NCBI GenBank assembly: GCA_945787715.1
Contig: CALZJE010000002.1
Location: 12,417-76,416 of the forward strand
Source: an uncultured Ectothiorhodospiraceae bacterium
Lineage (GTDB): Bacteria; Pseudomonadota; Gammaproteobacteria; S012-40
Direction: 5' to 3'
DNA: 64,000 nucleotides
The notes beneath the pieces were generated by a model. The model had not been told where the DNA came from and searched no databases. It was given only the letters and a program-made list of their open reading frames with translations. The position numbers and the translations under genes were made by a program. This document shows positions 48,676 through 63,552 of the stretch, piece by piece (position 1 is the first letter of the stretch; each line of letters opens with the position of its first letter).

Positions 48676-48876
48676 ATGGCAGTTCAAAAAAGTAAAAAAT
48701 CTCGTTCCAGACGCGGTATGCGTCGCGCTCACGATGCGTTAAAAGGTCCTACACTTTCTATCGATGCAACAAGTGGCGAAACTCACATCAGACACCACAT
48801 TACGCCTGATGGATATTATAAAGGTAAGCGAGTTGTTGCAGAAAAAGAAGACTTATTCGCAGACGACGAAGATTAA
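48676..48876 (+). CDS. rpmF: 50S ribosomal protein L32
   Basis: [22 protein letters not shown] is the canonical L32 N-terminus. Confidence 0.95.
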   Translation: MAVQKSKKSRSRRGMRRAHDALKGPTLSIDATSGETHIRHHITPDGYYKGKRVVAEKEDLFADDED

Positions 48877-48891
48877 TAGAAGGATCCAGCT

Positions 48892-49914
48892 TTGAGTTAT
48901 ACCATTGCCCTTGACGCAATGGGTGGTGATCACGGTGCTCCCGTGATCACTGCTGCTGCTAAACAGGTTCTTGACGGAAATAAAGACATACGCTTAATAC
49001 TTGTTGGGGATCAAGAGGTTTTAACTAAAGAACTGAATGCTATTGGTCTCACTGCATGCGAGAACCTTACTATAAAACACGCTTCTCAAAAAGTAGAAAT
49101 GGATGAATCCCCAGCCCTTGCGCTTCGAGGGAAAAAAGACTCATCAATGCGAGTTGCCATAAACCTTGTCAAAGAGGGAATAGCAGATGCTTGCGTGAGC
49201 GCCGGAAATACGGGTGCTTTAATGGCTATCTCGCGGTTTGTTCTCAAAACACTTCCAGGAATTGATCGACCAGCCATCTGTAGTGCATTGCCTACAAAAA
49301 ATGGGCATACACATATGCTCGATTTGGGTGCTAACGTAGGTTCTAATCCTGAGCATCTTTTCCAGTTCGCTGTGATGGGATCTACGCTTGTTAAAGCTAT
49401 GGATAACAATAACACTCCCACTATTGGTTTGCTTAATATCGGTGAAGAAGATATTAAAGGCGATGAGATTGTCAAGAGTGCCAGTAAATTGCTCACAGGA
49501 AGTAATCTAAACTACATTGGTTTTATAGAAGGCGATGACGTTTACCAAGGTAAAGTAGATGTGGTTGTTTGTGATGGTTTTGTTGGTAATGTGGCGCTAA
49601 AAACCACTGAAGGTGTTGCTAAAATGATTAGTCATTTCATGAAAGAAGAATTCATGAGAAATCCTTTTACCAAAATCGCGGGATTACTGGCAAAACCCGT
49701 TTTAAAAGCACTTAAGAGGCGCATTGATCCGCGTGAATATAACGGCGCAACTTTTTTAGGTTTGCAGGGCGTTGTTGTAAAAAGTCATGGTGGAGCGGAT
49801 GCATTCTCTTTTGCTAACGCAATCAAAGTTGCTGTTGTTGAAGTCGATAAAAAAGTCCCTGAGACAATTTCAAGTCAATTAGAACATCTATTAATGGAAA
49901 AGCGAGCCGTTTAA
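48892..49914 (+). CDS. plsX: Phosphate acyltransferase PlsX
   Basis: [13 protein letters not shown] motif, 340 aa, TTG start. Confidence 0.95.
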   Translation: MSYTIALDAMGGDHGAPVITAAAKQVLDGNKDIRLILVGDQEVLTKELNAIGLTACENLTIKHASQKVEMDESPALALRGKKDSSMRVAINLVKEGIADACVSAGNTGALMAISRFVLKTLPGIDRPAICSALPTKNGHTHMLDLGANVGSNPEHLFQFAVMGSTLVKAMDNNNTPTIGLLNIGEEDIKGDEIVKSASKLLTGSNLNYIGFIEGDDVYQGKVDVVVCDGFVGNVALKTTEGVAKMISHFMKEEFMRNPFTKIAGLLAKPVLKALKRRIDPREYNGATFLGLQGVVVKSHGGADAFSFANAIKVAVVEVDKKVPETISSQLEHLLMEKRAV

Positions 49915-50879
49915 TGTACTCGAAAATAGTGGGCACAGGCCGGTATTTACCAGAAAAAGTATTAACCAACTTTGATATGGAAAAGTTGGTGGATACTACT
50001 GATCAATGGATCGAAGAGCGCACTGGAATTCGGCAGAGGCATGTTGCTGCAGAAAATGAAACCACTTCTGATCTCGCTTTCCATGCTGCAAAAAATGCAA
50101 TGGAAGCAGCGGGTGTTAGCAATACAGATGTGGATTTAATCATAGTTGCCACCACTACGCCTGATAGAGTTTTCCCAAGTACAGCTTGCCTGTTGCAAGA
50201 TAAGTTAGATATTCACGGTTGTCCTGCATTTGATATTCAAGCAGTTTGCACCGGTTTTGTATACGCAATGTCAATAGCAGATAAGTTTATTAAATCAGGT
50301 GAATCGAAGTGTGCATTAGTTGTGGGTGCTGAAACACTTTCCCGAATTCTCGATTGGAACGACCGAGGAACCTGTGTTCTCTTCGGTGATGGTGCTGGGG
50401 CAGTTGTTCTTAAGCCTAGTGAAGAACCTGGTATATTATCCACTCATATTCATGCTGATGGAGCTTACAATGATTTGCTCAATGTCAGTGCTGGTGTGTC
50501 AGATAGAACACAATTGTTCAATGACGGTGCAGCTTATATTCAAATGAAGGGTAATGAAGTATTTAAAATGGCAGTCAATACTTTAGGATCAATTGTTGAT
50601 GAAACACTTGCAGCAAACAAAATGCAAAAATCAGATATCGACTGGCTAGTTCCTCATCAAGCAAATATTCGAATCATCAAAGCGACAGCTAAAAAGCTGA
50701 AAATGCCGATGGATCATGTAGTCACAACTGTTGATAAACACGGCAACACTTCTGCTGCATCCATACCCTTGGCATTTGATGTTGCTATACGTGATGGCCG
50801 TATTAAACCTGGTGAAACAGTAATGATGGAAGCTTTCGGTGGCGGATTCACCTGGGGCGCAGTTTTATTTCAGTACTGA
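49914..50879 (+). CDS. fabH: 3-oxoacyl-ACP synthase III
   Basis: Active-site context [18 protein letters not shown], and GNTSAASIP. Confidence 0.95.
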   Translation: MYSKIVGTGRYLPEKVLTNFDMEKLVDTTDQWIEERTGIRQRHVAAENETTSDLAFHAAKNAMEAAGVSNTDVDLIIVATTTPDRVFPSTACLLQDKLDIHGCPAFDIQAVCTGFVYAMSIADKFIKSGESKCALVVGAETLSRILDWNDRGTCVLFGDGAGAVVLKPSEEPGILSTHIHADGAYNDLLNVSAGVSDRTQLFNDGAAYIQMKGNEVFKMAVNTLGSIVDETLAANKMQKSDIDWLVPHQANIRIIKATAKKLKMPMDHVVTTVDKHGNTSAASIPLAFDVAIRDGRIKPGETVMMEAFGGGFTWGAVLFQY

Positions 50880-50918
50880 CCCGGGGTAGTTTGTAAAGTA
50901 ACCAGCTAAAGAGAATTA

Positions 50919-51848
50919 ATGATGAGTAAAGCGTTTGTATTTCCAGGCCAAGGTTCACAATCTGTAGGAATGTTGTCGGAACTTTGTGAAGAATTTCCTA
51001 TTGTGTTTGATACCTTCCAAGAGGCCAGCGATGCTGTAGGCTATGACCTTTGGTCCTTAGTCCAATATGGCCCTGAGGATATGTTGAACTCTACAGACAA
51101 AACTCAGCCCGCTATGCTCGCGTCAGGTGTTGCTGTATGGCGAGTCTGGAACGAAAAGAACGGTGAAAGACCATCGATTATGGCTGGACACAGTTTAGGT
51201 GAATACACTGCGCTTGTTTGTGCTGATGCCCTATCATTTGCTGATGGTGTGAAACTTGTCGCTGATCGCGGACGCTTTATGCAAGAAGCGGTTATTGGTG
51301 AGGAGGGTGCGATGGCGGCAATTCTCGGCTTGGAAGATAATAAAGTTATATCAGTTTGTGAGAGCGCTGCGCAGTCTCAAGTTGTCGAAGCAGTTAATTT
51401 TAACAGTCCCGGACAAGTAGTCATAGCGGGTAACAAAGCTGCAGTTAATCGAGCAATTGAAGCTGCGAATGAAGCTGGTGCAAAAAAATCAGTGTTGTTA
51501 CCTGTAAGTGTTCCTTCCCACTGTTCATTGATGAAACCTGCAGCTCAACAGCTTATGGAACGTTTAGCTGATGTGAATATGTCAGCTCCCTCTATACCTG
51601 TGATACATAATGTTAATGCGGATGTCGCAGAGTCTGCCGGTCAAATAAAAGAATTATTAGTTAAACAGCTATATCTACCTGTGCAATGGGTTGCATGTGT
51701 TAATAAAATTCTCGCAACCGAAGTGTCTGGTGTTATTGAATGTGGCCCAGGGAAGGTGTTGGCGGGTTTAAATAAAAGAATTGCACGTCGAACGCCTGCG
51801 TTACCTGTTTTTGATTCTGCAAGTCTTGATAAGGCGCTTGAAGTTTAG
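50919..51848 (+). CDS. fabD: Malonyl-CoA-ACP transacylase
   Basis: FVFPGQGSQ and GHSLGEY motifs. Confidence 0.95.
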   Translation: MMSKAFVFPGQGSQSVGMLSELCEEFPIVFDTFQEASDAVGYDLWSLVQYGPEDMLNSTDKTQPAMLASGVAVWRVWNEKNGERPSIMAGHSLGEYTALVCADALSFADGVKLVADRGRFMQEAVIGEEGAMAAILGLEDNKVISVCESAAQSQVVEAVNFNSPGQVVIAGNKAAVNRAIEAANEAGAKKSVLLPVSVPSHCSLMKPAAQQLMERLADVNMSAPSIPVIHNVNADVAESAGQIKELLVKQLYLPVQWVACVNKILATEVSGVIECGPGKVLAGLNKRIARRTPALPVFDSASLDKALEV

Positions 51849-51896
51849 TGCGAATTTATTGTGCCGAAGTAGATGGAAATCGGAGAGGGAGGTTTT

Positions 51897-52640
51897 ATGA
51901 GCTTGGAAAATGAAGTTGCCTTGGTTACTGGTGCAACAAGAGGAATTGGTAAAGCTATCGCGTTAGCGCTCGGTGAAATGGGTGCAACCGTGATAGGTAC
52001 TGCCACCAGCGAAAATGGTGCAGGGAAAATTTCCGATTATCTCGCTTCTGCAAGTGTCAAGGGTGCCGGTAAGGTGCTTAATGTCACAGATAGCGCTGCG
52101 ATCGAAGGTTTAATAAAAGAGATTGGTAAAGAGTTTTCTGCACCAACTATTCTTGTCAATAATGCAGGAATTACACGCGACAATTTATTAATGCGCATGA
52201 AAGATGATGAATGGGATGATATTATTAATACCAACCTCACTTCAGTCTTTCGACTTTCAAAAGCATGCTTGCGTGGAATGATGAAAGCTAAACGTGGTCG
52301 TATTGTTAGTATTGCATCTGTTGTTGGTGCAAGTGGTAATGCCGGACAAGCCAACTATGCAGCTGCCAAAGCAGGTATCATGGGTTTTTCTAAATCGCTG
52401 GCAAGAGAAGTTGCATCGAGAAATATTACGGTTAATGTTGTTGCGCCGGGATTTATTGATACCGATATGACCAAAGACTTACCAGCTGAGAACAAAGAAG
52501 CTTTATTGTCTTCTATCCCATTAAATCGTTTAGGCCGACCAGAAGATATTGCTTCAGCTGTTGCATTTTTGTGCTCCCCTAATGGTGGATATGTGACTGG
52601 AGAAACAATTCATGTGAATGGTGGGATGTACATGAATTAA
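51897..52640 (+). CDS. fabG: 3-oxoacyl-ACP reductase
   Basis: SDR motifs TGATRGIG and YAAAKAG. ATG 51897 follows GGAGAGGGAGG. Confidence 0.95.
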   Translation: MSLENEVALVTGATRGIGKAIALALGEMGATVIGTATSENGAGKISDYLASASVKGAGKVLNVTDSAAIEGLIKEIGKEFSAPTILVNNAGITRDNLLMRMKDDEWDDIINTNLTSVFRLSKACLRGMMKAKRGRIVSIASVVGASGNAGQANYAAAKAGIMGFSKSLAREVASRNITVNVVAPGFIDTDMTKDLPAENKEALLSSIPLNRLGRPEDIASAVAFLCSPNGGYVTGETIHVNGGMYMN

Positions 52641-52875
52641 TTAATTTTGTGAAAGCAGGATTAGCTTGATTGATATTCGATCATTTATTTGTAAGAGAAA
52701 GATTATTTCTGTTGTTACTACTATCTTTATCGCTCTATAACTTATTGTTTACAATAGATAAAGAAAAGGATAGTATTTTTTTTGGTTTTGCTCGCGTATC
52801 TACTGGAACTGCACTTTAGTTTCCAATACAATACGCAGCATTCAATATTTCAAAAATTTGGAGGAAGTGAGCACT

Positions 52876-53115
52876 ATGAGCAACGTCGAAGAACGAGTCA
52901 AAAAGATCGTCGTTGAACAATTGGGAGTAAAGGAAGACGAAGTAAGCCTTGAAGCATCTTTTGTCGATGATTTAGGTGCAGATTCTCTTGATACTGTCGA
53001 GTTGGTAATGGCGTTAGAAGAAGAGTTCGAGTGCGAAATTCCTGACGAAGAAGCAGAAAAAATTACCACTGTTCAACAAGCAATTGATTACATCAACAAT
53101 AACGCAGACAAGTAG
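52876..53115 (+). CDS. acpP: Acyl carrier protein
   Basis: [18 protein letters not shown]...[22 protein letters not shown] 52876 follows GGAGGAAG. Confidence 0.97.
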   Translation: MSNVEERVKKIVVEQLGVKEDEVSLEASFVDDLGADSLDTVELVMALEEEFECEIPDEEAEKITTVQQAIDYINNNADK

Positions 53116-53149
53116 TTTGTTGTAAGAAGTTGTCAATGAGTTTTAAAAA

Positions 53150-53189
53150 GGTCGTTAACACAGTCTGTTAACGGCCTTTTATTTTTTTT
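53150..53189 (+). terminator. Intrinsic terminator after acpP
   Basis: GGTCGTTAACA (53150-53160) and TGTTAACGGCC (53166-53176) form the stem, followed by a T-rich run. Confidence 0.75.
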
Positions 53190-53334
53190 GCAAATTAGAT
53201 TAATTTAAAATTACCGTTGTATTTGATATGAATTAATTTTCAAGCAACGGTTTTCCAGATATGTAATCGTTAGTAGAGTTTTATCATTTAACGGGAGCAT
53301 GCCAATAAGGATTAGGTTTTGAGAGGGTTGGATT

Positions 53335-54573
53335 TTGTCGAAACGACGTGTAGTGATAACTGGACTTGGTGCTGTAACACCTTTAGGGCTTTCTGTTTCT
53401 GAAACCTGGGAAAATACGCTTGCGGGTAAAAGTGGTATTCGTCCACTCGAACATATGGACGTTTCTAATTATTCAGTGCGTTTTGGGGGATCTGTTTGGG
53501 GGTTTGATGCCGCCAATTTTCTTCCTAAAAAAGAAGCAAAAAAGATGGATCCTTTCATGCATTATGGCATGGCCGCAGGGATTGAAGCAATTCAGGACTC
53601 TGGTATTGAAATCACAGAAGAAAATGCAGAGCGCATCGGTGTTGCTATAGGTGCAGGTATCGGTGGTGTTGGTGGAATTGAACAAGGTTATGCGGCTTTT
53701 TTAAAGGGAGGTCCACGTAAGATTTCTCCTTTCTTTGTGCCTAGTAATATCATCAACATGATATCCGGTAACTTATCAGTCATGTATGGTTTGAAAGGAC
53801 CTAACTTCGCGATTGTTACTGCCTGTACGACAGGAACTCACAACATTGGTGACGCAGCTCGTATGATTTCATACGGTGACGCAGACATGATGGTCGCTGG
53901 TGGTGCTGAAATGGCGACGAGTTACACGGGGCTCGGTGGTTTTGCTGCCGCAAGGGCACTGTCTACACGTAATGATGACCCTGCAAGAGCCAGCCGTCCC
54001 TGGGATGTGGATCGTGATGGATTTGTGTTAAGTGATGGTGCTGGCGTTGTGGTTCTGGAAGAATATGAACATGCAAAAGCACGTGGTGCAAAAATCTACG
54101 CGGAACTGGCTGGGTTTGGTATGAGTGGAGATGCATACCACATGACACTACCACCTCCAGGTGGAGAAGGCGCACAACGTTGCATGAAGATCGCAATAAA
54201 AGATGCAGGTATTAATCCTGACGAAGTGGATTACATTAATGCTCACGGTACTTCGACTCCAGCGGGCGATAAGGCTGAGAGTGATGCCGTTAAAGCGGTG
54301 CTGGGTGATCACGCCTATAAAACAGCAGTGAGTTCAACCAAATCGATGACTGGCCATATGCTCGGTGCTGCTGGTGGTATTGAAGCAGTTTTCAGTGCAC
54401 TTGCCATTAGAGATCAAGTCGCGCCACCGACAATAAATATCTTCAACCAAGATCCAGAGTGTGATCTTGATTATGTGCCGAATACTGCAAGAGAAATGAA
54501 AATTGATATTGCAGTGTCTAATTCCTTTGGTTTTGGTGGCACAAATGGGACATTGGTATTTCGTAAAGTCTAA
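53335..54573 (+). CDS. fabF: 3-oxoacyl-ACP synthase II
   Basis: (M)[12 protein letters not shown]-terminus (TTG start), active-site ACTTG, and HGTSTPAGD. Confidence 0.95.
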   Translation: MSKRRVVITGLGAVTPLGLSVSETWENTLAGKSGIRPLEHMDVSNYSVRFGGSVWGFDAANFLPKKEAKKMDPFMHYGMAAGIEAIQDSGIEITEENAERIGVAIGAGIGGVGGIEQGYAAFLKGGPRKISPFFVPSNIINMISGNLSVMYGLKGPNFAIVTACTTGTHNIGDAARMISYGDADMMVAGGAEMATSYTGLGGFAAARALSTRNDDPARASRPWDVDRDGFVLSDGAGVVVLEEYEHAKARGAKIYAELAGFGMSGDAYHMTLPPPGGEGAQRCMKIAIKDAGINPDEVDYINAHGTSTPAGDKAESDAVKAVLGDHAYKTAVSSTKSMTGHMLGAAGGIEAVFSALAIRDQVAPPTINIFNQDPECDLDYVPNTAREMKIDIAVSNSFGFGGTNGTLVFRKV

Positions 54574-54580
54574 GCTAACT

Positions 54581-54609
54581 AAAGGCGCTATCGATAGCGC
54601 CTTTGTTTT
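54581..54609 (+). terminator. Intrinsic terminator after fabF
   Basis: AAAGGCGCTATCGATAGCGCCTTT is a perfect palindrome, followed by GTTTT. Confidence 0.75.
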
Positions 54610-54633
54610 ACCATCTCATGCTCTCCGAATTTT

Positions 54634-56046
54634 ATGAGCCATAATTATCAAATCAAAAAGATTGACGAAGTTGTTGATCTACTCGCCATTCATAAAAAGA
54701 ATCCAGAACGATATCCATTTTTGTTGGAGAGTGTCGCCAGCATTTCCACCAATAGCCAATATGATATTCTTTTCGCATTTCCTCAAGATACTTTAGTGCT
54801 TGGAAGAGTGGGGCAATTAACATCAACAAGATCAGATGCTCTTGGAAGTCATCAGTTTCTGACTGAACTGGATCAATGGTTCAACCAAGAAACTATCGAA
54901 TCCCATCCTGATATTGTGGCACCTTTACCCTTTACCGGTGGTTGGTTTCTCTATTTGGGTTATGAGTTAGCCCAAGAAGTGGAGTCTGTTCTTAATCTTC
55001 CGCAGCAGAAAAAAACAACATTACCAGTAGCTTACGCTTGCCGTGTGCCTGCCGCTATTATTGTGGACAAAATTCATGAAGAAACCTATCTTTTAGCTGA
55101 GAATAACGTCGCTAAATATCTAGGAGATATGCAAGAAGATATTGAGAATTGTAATTCCAGCGATTTGCCGAAGCAAATTGGTCTAATTGCAATGGCGGAG
55201 GAAGATCCTCAGCGCTACATAGATTCGATTGGAATTATTAAAAAATATATTGTTGACGGTGATGTTTTTCAAGTTAATTTATCTCGCAGTTGGGATGTTG
55301 AATTGTCTGACTTTGTTTCATCCACTGAGCTTTATGCTTCGCTACGTAAAAGTAATCCATCCCCGTTTGCAGGACTAGCATGTATTAATCATTCAGCTAT
55401 TATAAGTTCATCCCCGGAGCGACTAGTCAGAGTAAATCTTGATACAGTAGAAACCCGACCCATTGCTGGTACCCGGCCTCGTGTTCGTAACGGTTATGGG
55501 AATGTAAATAAAGATGCAGATAATGCGTTACGGGCCGAATTAATTGCCCATCCCAAGGAGCGCGCTGAACATGTCATGTTAATTGATTTGGAGCGTAATG
55601 ATCTAGGTCGAATTGCTAAACCGGGTTCTGTTTCTGTGGATGAGCTGATGGCATTAGAAACCTACGAGCATGTTCATCACATCGTATCTAATGTGCGTGC
55701 TATTAAACGAGATGATATTTCGCCGGGTGAAATAATAAAAGCTGTGTTTCCTGGTGGAACAATAACCGGTTGCCCCAAAGTGCGTTGCATGGAGATAATT
55801 GCTGAATTAGAGCAAGCGCCTCGTGAGGCATACACCGGTTCAATGGGATATTTAAACCTTAATGGTGATATGGATTTGAACATCTTGATTCGTACTATTA
55901 CGCAAACGGGTAAACAATTGCATATTAGAGCCGGTGGCGGTATTGTGGCAGATTCCGAGCCTGAGAAAGAATTGCTAGAGACGCGAGCAAAAGCGAAAGG
56001 GATGCTAAACGCGATCAATTATGATTTTGATAAATGGAAAACCTGA
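54634..56046 (+). CDS. pabB: Aminodeoxychorismate synthase component I
   Basis: Chorismate-binding family (SPERL, PGGTITGCPK, GYL..GD.DLNILIRT). Assigned to PabB because it overlaps a pabC-like gene. Confidence 0.8.
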   Translation: MSHNYQIKKIDEVVDLLAIHKKNPERYPFLLESVASISTNSQYDILFAFPQDTLVLGRVGQLTSTRSDALGSHQFLTELDQWFNQETIESHPDIVAPLPFTGGWFLYLGYELAQEVESVLNLPQQKKTTLPVAYACRVPAAIIVDKIHEETYLLAENNVAKYLGDMQEDIENCNSSDLPKQIGLIAMAEEDPQRYIDSIGIIKKYIVDGDVFQVNLSRSWDVELSDFVSSTELYASLRKSNPSPFAGLACINHSAIISSSPERLVRVNLDTVETRPIAGTRPRVRNGYGNVNKDADNALRAELIAHPKERAEHVMLIDLERNDLGRIAKPGSVSVDELMALETYEHVHHIVSNVRAIKRDDISPGEIIKAVFPGGTITGCPKVRCMEIIAELEQAPREAYTGSMGYLNLNGDMDLNILIRTITQTGKQLHIRAGGGIVADSEPEKELLETRAKAKGMLNAINYDFDKWKT

Positions 56047-56830
56047 ACAAACCCTCAGTTGCCTGGATCGCGGTTTACAATATGGTGATGGATTGTTCGA
56101 AACCATTGCGCTTCGAAATGGCAAACTTCAGAATTGGTCACTGCATTGGCAACGATTAACTATTGGCTGTGAGCGTCTTTATCTCCCCTTCCCAGAAGAA
56201 GAAAAAATACTGGATGATATTGGGCAAGTTACAAGTGGGGTTGAGTCAGCTGTTGTAAAAATACTCTATACACGCGGTGTCGGAGGCAGAGGTTATGCTT
56301 TTTCAGAGGTGACACCTACACGTATCATAATGCAATTTCCCTTGCCTAAATATCCAGATACAAATAGTAATGAAGGTGTTAATCTTTATCTCTGTAAAAC
56401 CAGATTAGCTCACCAGCCCTTACTAGCAGGTTTAAAACATTTAAATCGTTTAGAAAATGTTTTGGCTAGAAATGAATGGGACGACACAAAGTATGCAGAA
56501 GGATTGCTTTGTTGCACGAAAGGTAGTGTCATTGAAGGGACAATGAGTAATATTTTTATGGTGAAAAATAAAATGTTATACACACCTGAATTATCGCAAT
56601 GTGGTGTAAGAGGTGTTACGCGAACTCGTATTATTCAGCTTGCTGAAGAAAATAAAATGAAAGTGGTTGAAGATAATTTATCACTTGATGATCTGTGGCA
56701 AGCAGATGAAATTTTTATCTGCAATAGCATTATAAGAATTTGGCCGGTAAAAAATATTGCTGATTTTAATTTCTCTACGTCACCCAATTTAAACCCTGTT
56801 ACTCGACAACTTCAACATTTGATTAACTGA
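56021..56830 (+). CDS. pabC: Aminodeoxychorismate lyase
   Basis: Class IV aminotransferase fold. N-terminus MILINGKPEQTLSCLDRGLQYGDGLFET parallels E. coli PabC. Confidence 0.8.
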   Translation: MILINGKPEQTLSCLDRGLQYGDGLFETIALRNGKLQNWSLHWQRLTIGCERLYLPFPEEEKILDDIGQVTSGVESAVVKILYTRGVGGRGYAFSEVTPTRIIMQFPLPKYPDTNSNEGVNLYLCKTRLAHQPLLAGLKHLNRLENVLARNEWDDTKYAEGLLCCTKGSVIEGTMSNIFMVKNKMLYTPELSQCGVRGVTRTRIIQLAEENKMKVVEDNLSLDDLWQADEIFICNSIIRIWPVKNIADFNFSTSPNLNPVTRQLQHLIN

Positions 56831-56835
56831 TTACC

Positions 56836-59493
<2,658 letters not shown>

Positions 59494-59497
<4 letters not shown>

Positions 59498-59841
59498 GTA
59501 GTGAAAAACCAAATCGCGGTGAATTATTAAATATAAAGTTTGAAGATAGGGACTCGCTTTATCTTGCCTATATGCCTTTTATCAAAAATGGTGGTGTATT
59601 TGTTCAAACAAGCAATCTTTATAATATTGGTGATGAAATATTTCTAGTTATGATTTTGCCTGATGAAACCGAGAAAACACCAACGGCGTGTCGTGTCGTA
59701 TGGCTGACACCCAAAGGCGCACAAAATAATAAAAAACCAGGAATGGGTGTTCAATTTTGTGATAAAGGTATTGCACGTTCTAAAATCGAAAATATTCTTG
59801 CTGGAGCACTGAATTCCGAACATCCTACCTATACTATGTAG
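59494..59841 (+). CDS. pilZ: PilZ protein (type IV pilus assembly type)
   Basis: LYLAYMPFIKNGGVFVQT...GDEIFLVMILPD...GMGVQF closely follows the founding P. aeruginosa PilZ. It is likewise encoded after holB. Confidence 0.85.
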
Positions 59842-59893
59842 TTTTAAAGTCACATTTTAATTTTACTAAATATTTGAGAAAAAGTTGCAACCT

Positions 59894-60670
59894 ATGTTAG
59901 TTGATTCCCATTGCCATATAAATTGTTTAAAAGGTGCTGAAAGCCCTGATGTTGTTGACGATTATCTTCAAGCCGCAAAACAAGCTGGCGTAGGGGAGTT
60001 ACTTTGCGTTTCAATCGATTGGGAAACTTATTCTGAAGTGCTATCAATTGCTGAAAACCACAATCAAGTTTATGCCTCTGTAGGAGTACACCCAAATCAT
60101 GATGAAGGATATGAGCCTACAATAGATGACCTGCTTGAAAAAGCTGCACATGAAAAGGTTGTTGCAATTGGGGAAACGGGATTAGATTATTTCCGAACAC
60201 AAGGCGATGTTGAGTGGCAAAGAGATCGATTTCGAACTCATATTGCGGCAGCAAAAGAATGTAAAAAACCACTGATTATTCACACTCGTGAAGCGCGCGA
60301 AGATACCATTCGACTCTTACAAGAAAATAACGCCGCAGAGGCCGGTGGGGTTATGCACTGTTTTACTGAAACATGGGAAATGGCGAAAGCTGCCATGGAT
60401 ATGAACTTCTATGTCTCTTTTTCCGGTATCGTTACTTTTAAAAGCGCGACTGAAATTCAGGAAGTCGCGAAAAAAATCCCGGCAGATAGAATCCTTATCG
60501 AAACAGATTCGCCTTATTTAGCACCAGTTCCGTTTAGAGGTAAACAAAACCAACCTGCCTATGTAAAACATGTTGCAGAGTTTGTTGCTGAGTTAAGAAA
60601 TATCAGCGTAGAAGAGTTAGCCGAACAGACAACGCAAAATTTCCATCGACTTTTTTTAAACACTAATTGA
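59894..60670 (+). CDS. TatD-family metal-dependent hydrolase (YcfH-like)
   Basis: MLVDSHCH, GETGLDY, IHTREA, ETDSPYL motifs. Confidence 0.9.
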   Translation: MLVDSHCHINCLKGAESPDVVDDYLQAAKQAGVGELLCVSIDWETYSEVLSIAENHNQVYASVGVHPNHDEGYEPTIDDLLEKAAHEKVVAIGETGLDYFRTQGDVEWQRDRFRTHIAAAKECKKPLIIHTREAREDTIRLLQENNAAEAGGVMHCFTETWEMAKAAMDMNFYVSFSGIVTFKSATEIQEVAKKIPADRILIETDSPYLAPVPFRGKQNQPAYVKHVAEFVAELRNISVEELAEQTTQNFHRLFLNTN

Positions 60671-60685
60671 GATCGTACACCACTA

Positions 60686-61861
60686 ATGCTCTATCTAAAA
60701 AAACGTGAAGACAAGCGCCTACGTGCAGGGCATTTATGGATCTACAGTAATGAAATCGATACTAAACGCTCACCATTAAAGTCATTCACAGCAGGACAAT
60801 GCGTTACAGTATGTTCCCAAGAGGGCAAGCCACTTGGTAGTGCTTATGTTAATCCCCATTCCTTAATCGCTGCCCGCTTATTTGATGAACGTAAAGGCGT
60901 ATCACTCGATCAAGGTTTTTTCGAACAACGTTTAAAAGATGCATTCGCTCTAAGAGACTTAGCATTTGATAAGCCCTATTATCGCCTCTGTTTTTCTGAA
61001 GGAGACTATTTGCCGGGCTTAATCATCGATAGATACGATGAATGTTTTGTTTTACAAATTAATACAGCGGGTATGCAAGCGGCGCAAGAACCACTAATTG
61101 CTGCCATTGAAAGTTTGTTTAATCCAAAACAGATTGTTTTAAGAAATGATAGCGGAAGCAGAACGCTAGAAGGTTTGGAAAAAATTGTCCAGGTGATTAA
61201 AGGCGATGAAAACGAATCGGTTTATGTGGAAGAGAATGGTGCGCGTTTTCAGGTTGATGTGATTAATGGGCAGAAAACAGGTTGGTTCTACGATCAACGT
61301 ATCAATCGACAGAATACTCAGCAGTGGGTGAAAGATAAATCTGTCCTAGATGTTTTTAGTTATACCGGCAGTTGGACAATTCCTGCTGCAATGGCAGGTG
61401 CCAGCGAGGTAACTGCTATTGATGCTTCTGCGCCGGCACTTGATGTTTTAAAAAACAATGCAGAAGCCAATCAAGTTAGTGGGGCAGTAGCTACTATTTG
61501 TGATGATGCTTTTATCGCAATGCAAGCGCTCAAGGATGCTGAGAAAAGTTTTGATATTGTTCTGATCGATCCTCCTGCATTTATCAAGCGTAAAAAAGAT
61601 CTGAAGGAAGGTTTACAAGCTTATGTACGCGCAAATCGAATGGCGATGAGTTTAGTGAAGCCAGGTGGTTTGTTGATTTCGAGTTCATGTTCTTACCATA
61701 TGAGCCAGGCTAGTTTGCAAAATAGTCTGCTGAAAGCAAGTCGAAAGATTCGTCGAAAACTGCAGATTCTTGGCTACGGATATCAAGGGCCAGATCACCC
61801 CATACATCCGGCGATAGAAGAGACTTCCTATCTAAAAACAATCTTCTCTCGTGTATTGTAA
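60686..61861 (+). CDS. rlmI: PUA-domain class I SAM-dependent rRNA (cytosine-C5) methyltransferase, RlmI-like
   Basis: RLRAGHLWIYSNEI N-terminus, a SAM-binding VLDVFSYTG region, and DPPAF. Confidence 0.75.
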   Translation: MLYLKKREDKRLRAGHLWIYSNEIDTKRSPLKSFTAGQCVTVCSQEGKPLGSAYVNPHSLIAARLFDERKGVSLDQGFFEQRLKDAFALRDLAFDKPYYRLCFSEGDYLPGLIIDRYDECFVLQINTAGMQAAQEPLIAAIESLFNPKQIVLRNDSGSRTLEGLEKIVQVIKGDENESVYVEENGARFQVDVINGQKTGWFYDQRINRQNTQQWVKDKSVLDVFSYTGSWTIPAAMAGASEVTAIDASAPALDVLKNNAEANQVSGAVATICDDAFIAMQALKDAEKSFDIVLIDPPAFIKRKKDLKEGLQAYVRANRMAMSLVKPGGLLISSSCSYHMSQASLQNSLLKASRKIRRKLQILGYGYQGPDHPIHPAIEETSYLKTIFSRVL

Positions 61862-61928
61862 TGTTGTGATTGATTATTGTTCAGAAGTAAATCCTTTAAC
61901 CTAGAAAAATAGATGATAAACTATTGCC

Positions 61929-62726
61929 ATGCTTACATATCCAGAAATAAATCCCGTAGCACTTGATCTAGGCTTCATCCAGATTCATTGGTACGGACTC
62001 ATGTACCTTGTTGCCTTTGGTACTGCTTGGTGGTTGGGTAAAAAACGTGCGTCATTACCTAACTCGGGCTGGGATGCCAATCAAGTAAGTGACATCATCT
62101 TCTATGGCGCATTAGGCGTTGTATTGGGTGGTCGAATTGGTTATGTCTTGTTCTACAACTTTTCAGCATTTCTTGATGATCCATTGATGTTGCTCAGAGT
62201 CTGGGAGGGGGGAATGTCCTTCCATGGTGGACTCCTAGGTGTTTTAGTTGCCATGTATCTCTTTGGCCGTCGCTATAAAAAATCGTTTTTCCAAGTGACA
62301 GATTTTATCGCGCCATTAGTTCCTCTGGGATATTTTGCAGGTAGAATCGGCAATTTTATCAATGGCGAACTGTGGGGCAGGGTAACTGATGTTCCATGGG
62401 GTATGGTTTTCCCAGATGGTGGCCCTGATCCTCGTCATCCTTCCATGCTGTATCAAGGGCTTCTGGAAGGATTAATACTCTTCATTATCGTCTGGATCTA
62501 TTCGAGCAAACCACGTCCTCTGATGGCAGTTTCAGGTGCTTATGTCTTGGGTGTTGGTGTGTTTCGAATTGTTAACGAATTTTTCCGTCAACCCGATGCT
62601 CATTTAGGTTTTATCGCTTTTAACTGGATGACTATGGGGCAATTGCTATCAATTCCTCTTGTTATTTTGGGAATAGTATTAATGAAGTTAGCTTATAAGA
62701 ATCATAAGCCTGGTAAAGCAAGTTAA
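61929..62726 (+). CDS. lgt: Prolipoprotein diacylglyceryl transferase
   Basis: [34 protein letters not shown] motifs. Confidence 0.95.
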   Translation: MLTYPEINPVALDLGFIQIHWYGLMYLVAFGTAWWLGKKRASLPNSGWDANQVSDIIFYGALGVVLGGRIGYVLFYNFSAFLDDPLMLLRVWEGGMSFHGGLLGVLVAMYLFGRRYKKSFFQVTDFIAPLVPLGYFAGRIGNFINGELWGRVTDVPWGMVFPDGGPDPRHPSMLYQGLLEGLILFIIVWIYSSKPRPLMAVSGAYVLGVGVFRIVNEFFRQPDAHLGFIAFNWMTMGQLLSIPLVILGIVLMKLAYKNHKPGKAS

Positions 62727-62757
62727 AAGCATTTGTCGGAATATTTGGAGTGAATGA

Positions 62758-63552
62758 ATGAAGCAATATCTTGATCTTCTACAAAAAGTGCTAGATGAAG
62801 GTGAGACAAAGGAAGACAGAACAGGAACGGGTACTATCAGTCTTTTCGGTGCACAAGCCCGTTATATTTTAAGTGAAGGATTTCCGGTAGTCACAACAAA
62901 AAAATTACATCTGCGTTCTATCATTCATGAGTTGCTATGGTTTTTGAAAGGCGATACAAATGTAAAATATCTTCAAGATAACAAAGTGAGCATTTGGGAC
63001 GAATGGGCAGATGAGAAAGGTGATTTGGGGCCTGTTTATGGTTATCAGTGGCGTAGTTGGCCTGCAGCAAATGGTAAGCATATTGATCAAATAAGCCAAG
63101 TTATCGATCAAATAAAAAACAATCCTGATTCACGTCGATTAATCGTATCTGCTTGGAACGTCGGTGAGATTGAAAACATGGCGTTGCCACCTTGTCATGC
63201 GTTTTTTCAGTTTTACGTGAGCCATGGAAAGCTCTCCTGTCAGCTTTATCAACGCAGTGCAGATTTATTTCTTGGTGTGCCTTTTAATATTGCTTCATAT
63301 GCGCTGCTTACACACATGATAGCTCAGGAGTGTGGACTGGGTGTTGGTGATTTTGTTCATACGCTGGGGGATGCTCATATTTATTCCAATCATATGGAGC
63401 AGGTTAAACTGCAACTCAGTCGCACGCCAAAAGCATTACCAGAGATTAAATTAAATCCTGCTATAAAGTCGATTTTCGATTTTACTTTCGATGATATTGA
63501 ATTGATAAATTACCAAAGTGACGAAGCGATAAAAGCACCCGTAGCCGTATGA
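62758..63552 (+). CDS. thyA: Thymidylate synthase (ThyA)
   Basis: [34 protein letters not shown], and a C-terminus ending APVAV. Confidence 0.97.
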   Translation: MKQYLDLLQKVLDEGETKEDRTGTGTISLFGAQARYILSEGFPVVTTKKLHLRSIIHELLWFLKGDTNVKYLQDNKVSIWDEWADEKGDLGPVYGYQWRSWPAANGKHIDQISQVIDQIKNNPDSRRLIVSAWNVGEIENMALPPCHAFFQFYVSHGKLSCQLYQRSADLFLGVPFNIASYALLTHMIAQECGLGVGDFVHTLGDAHIYSNHMEQVKLQLSRTPKALPEIKLNPAIKSIFDFTFDDIELINYQSDEAIKAPVAV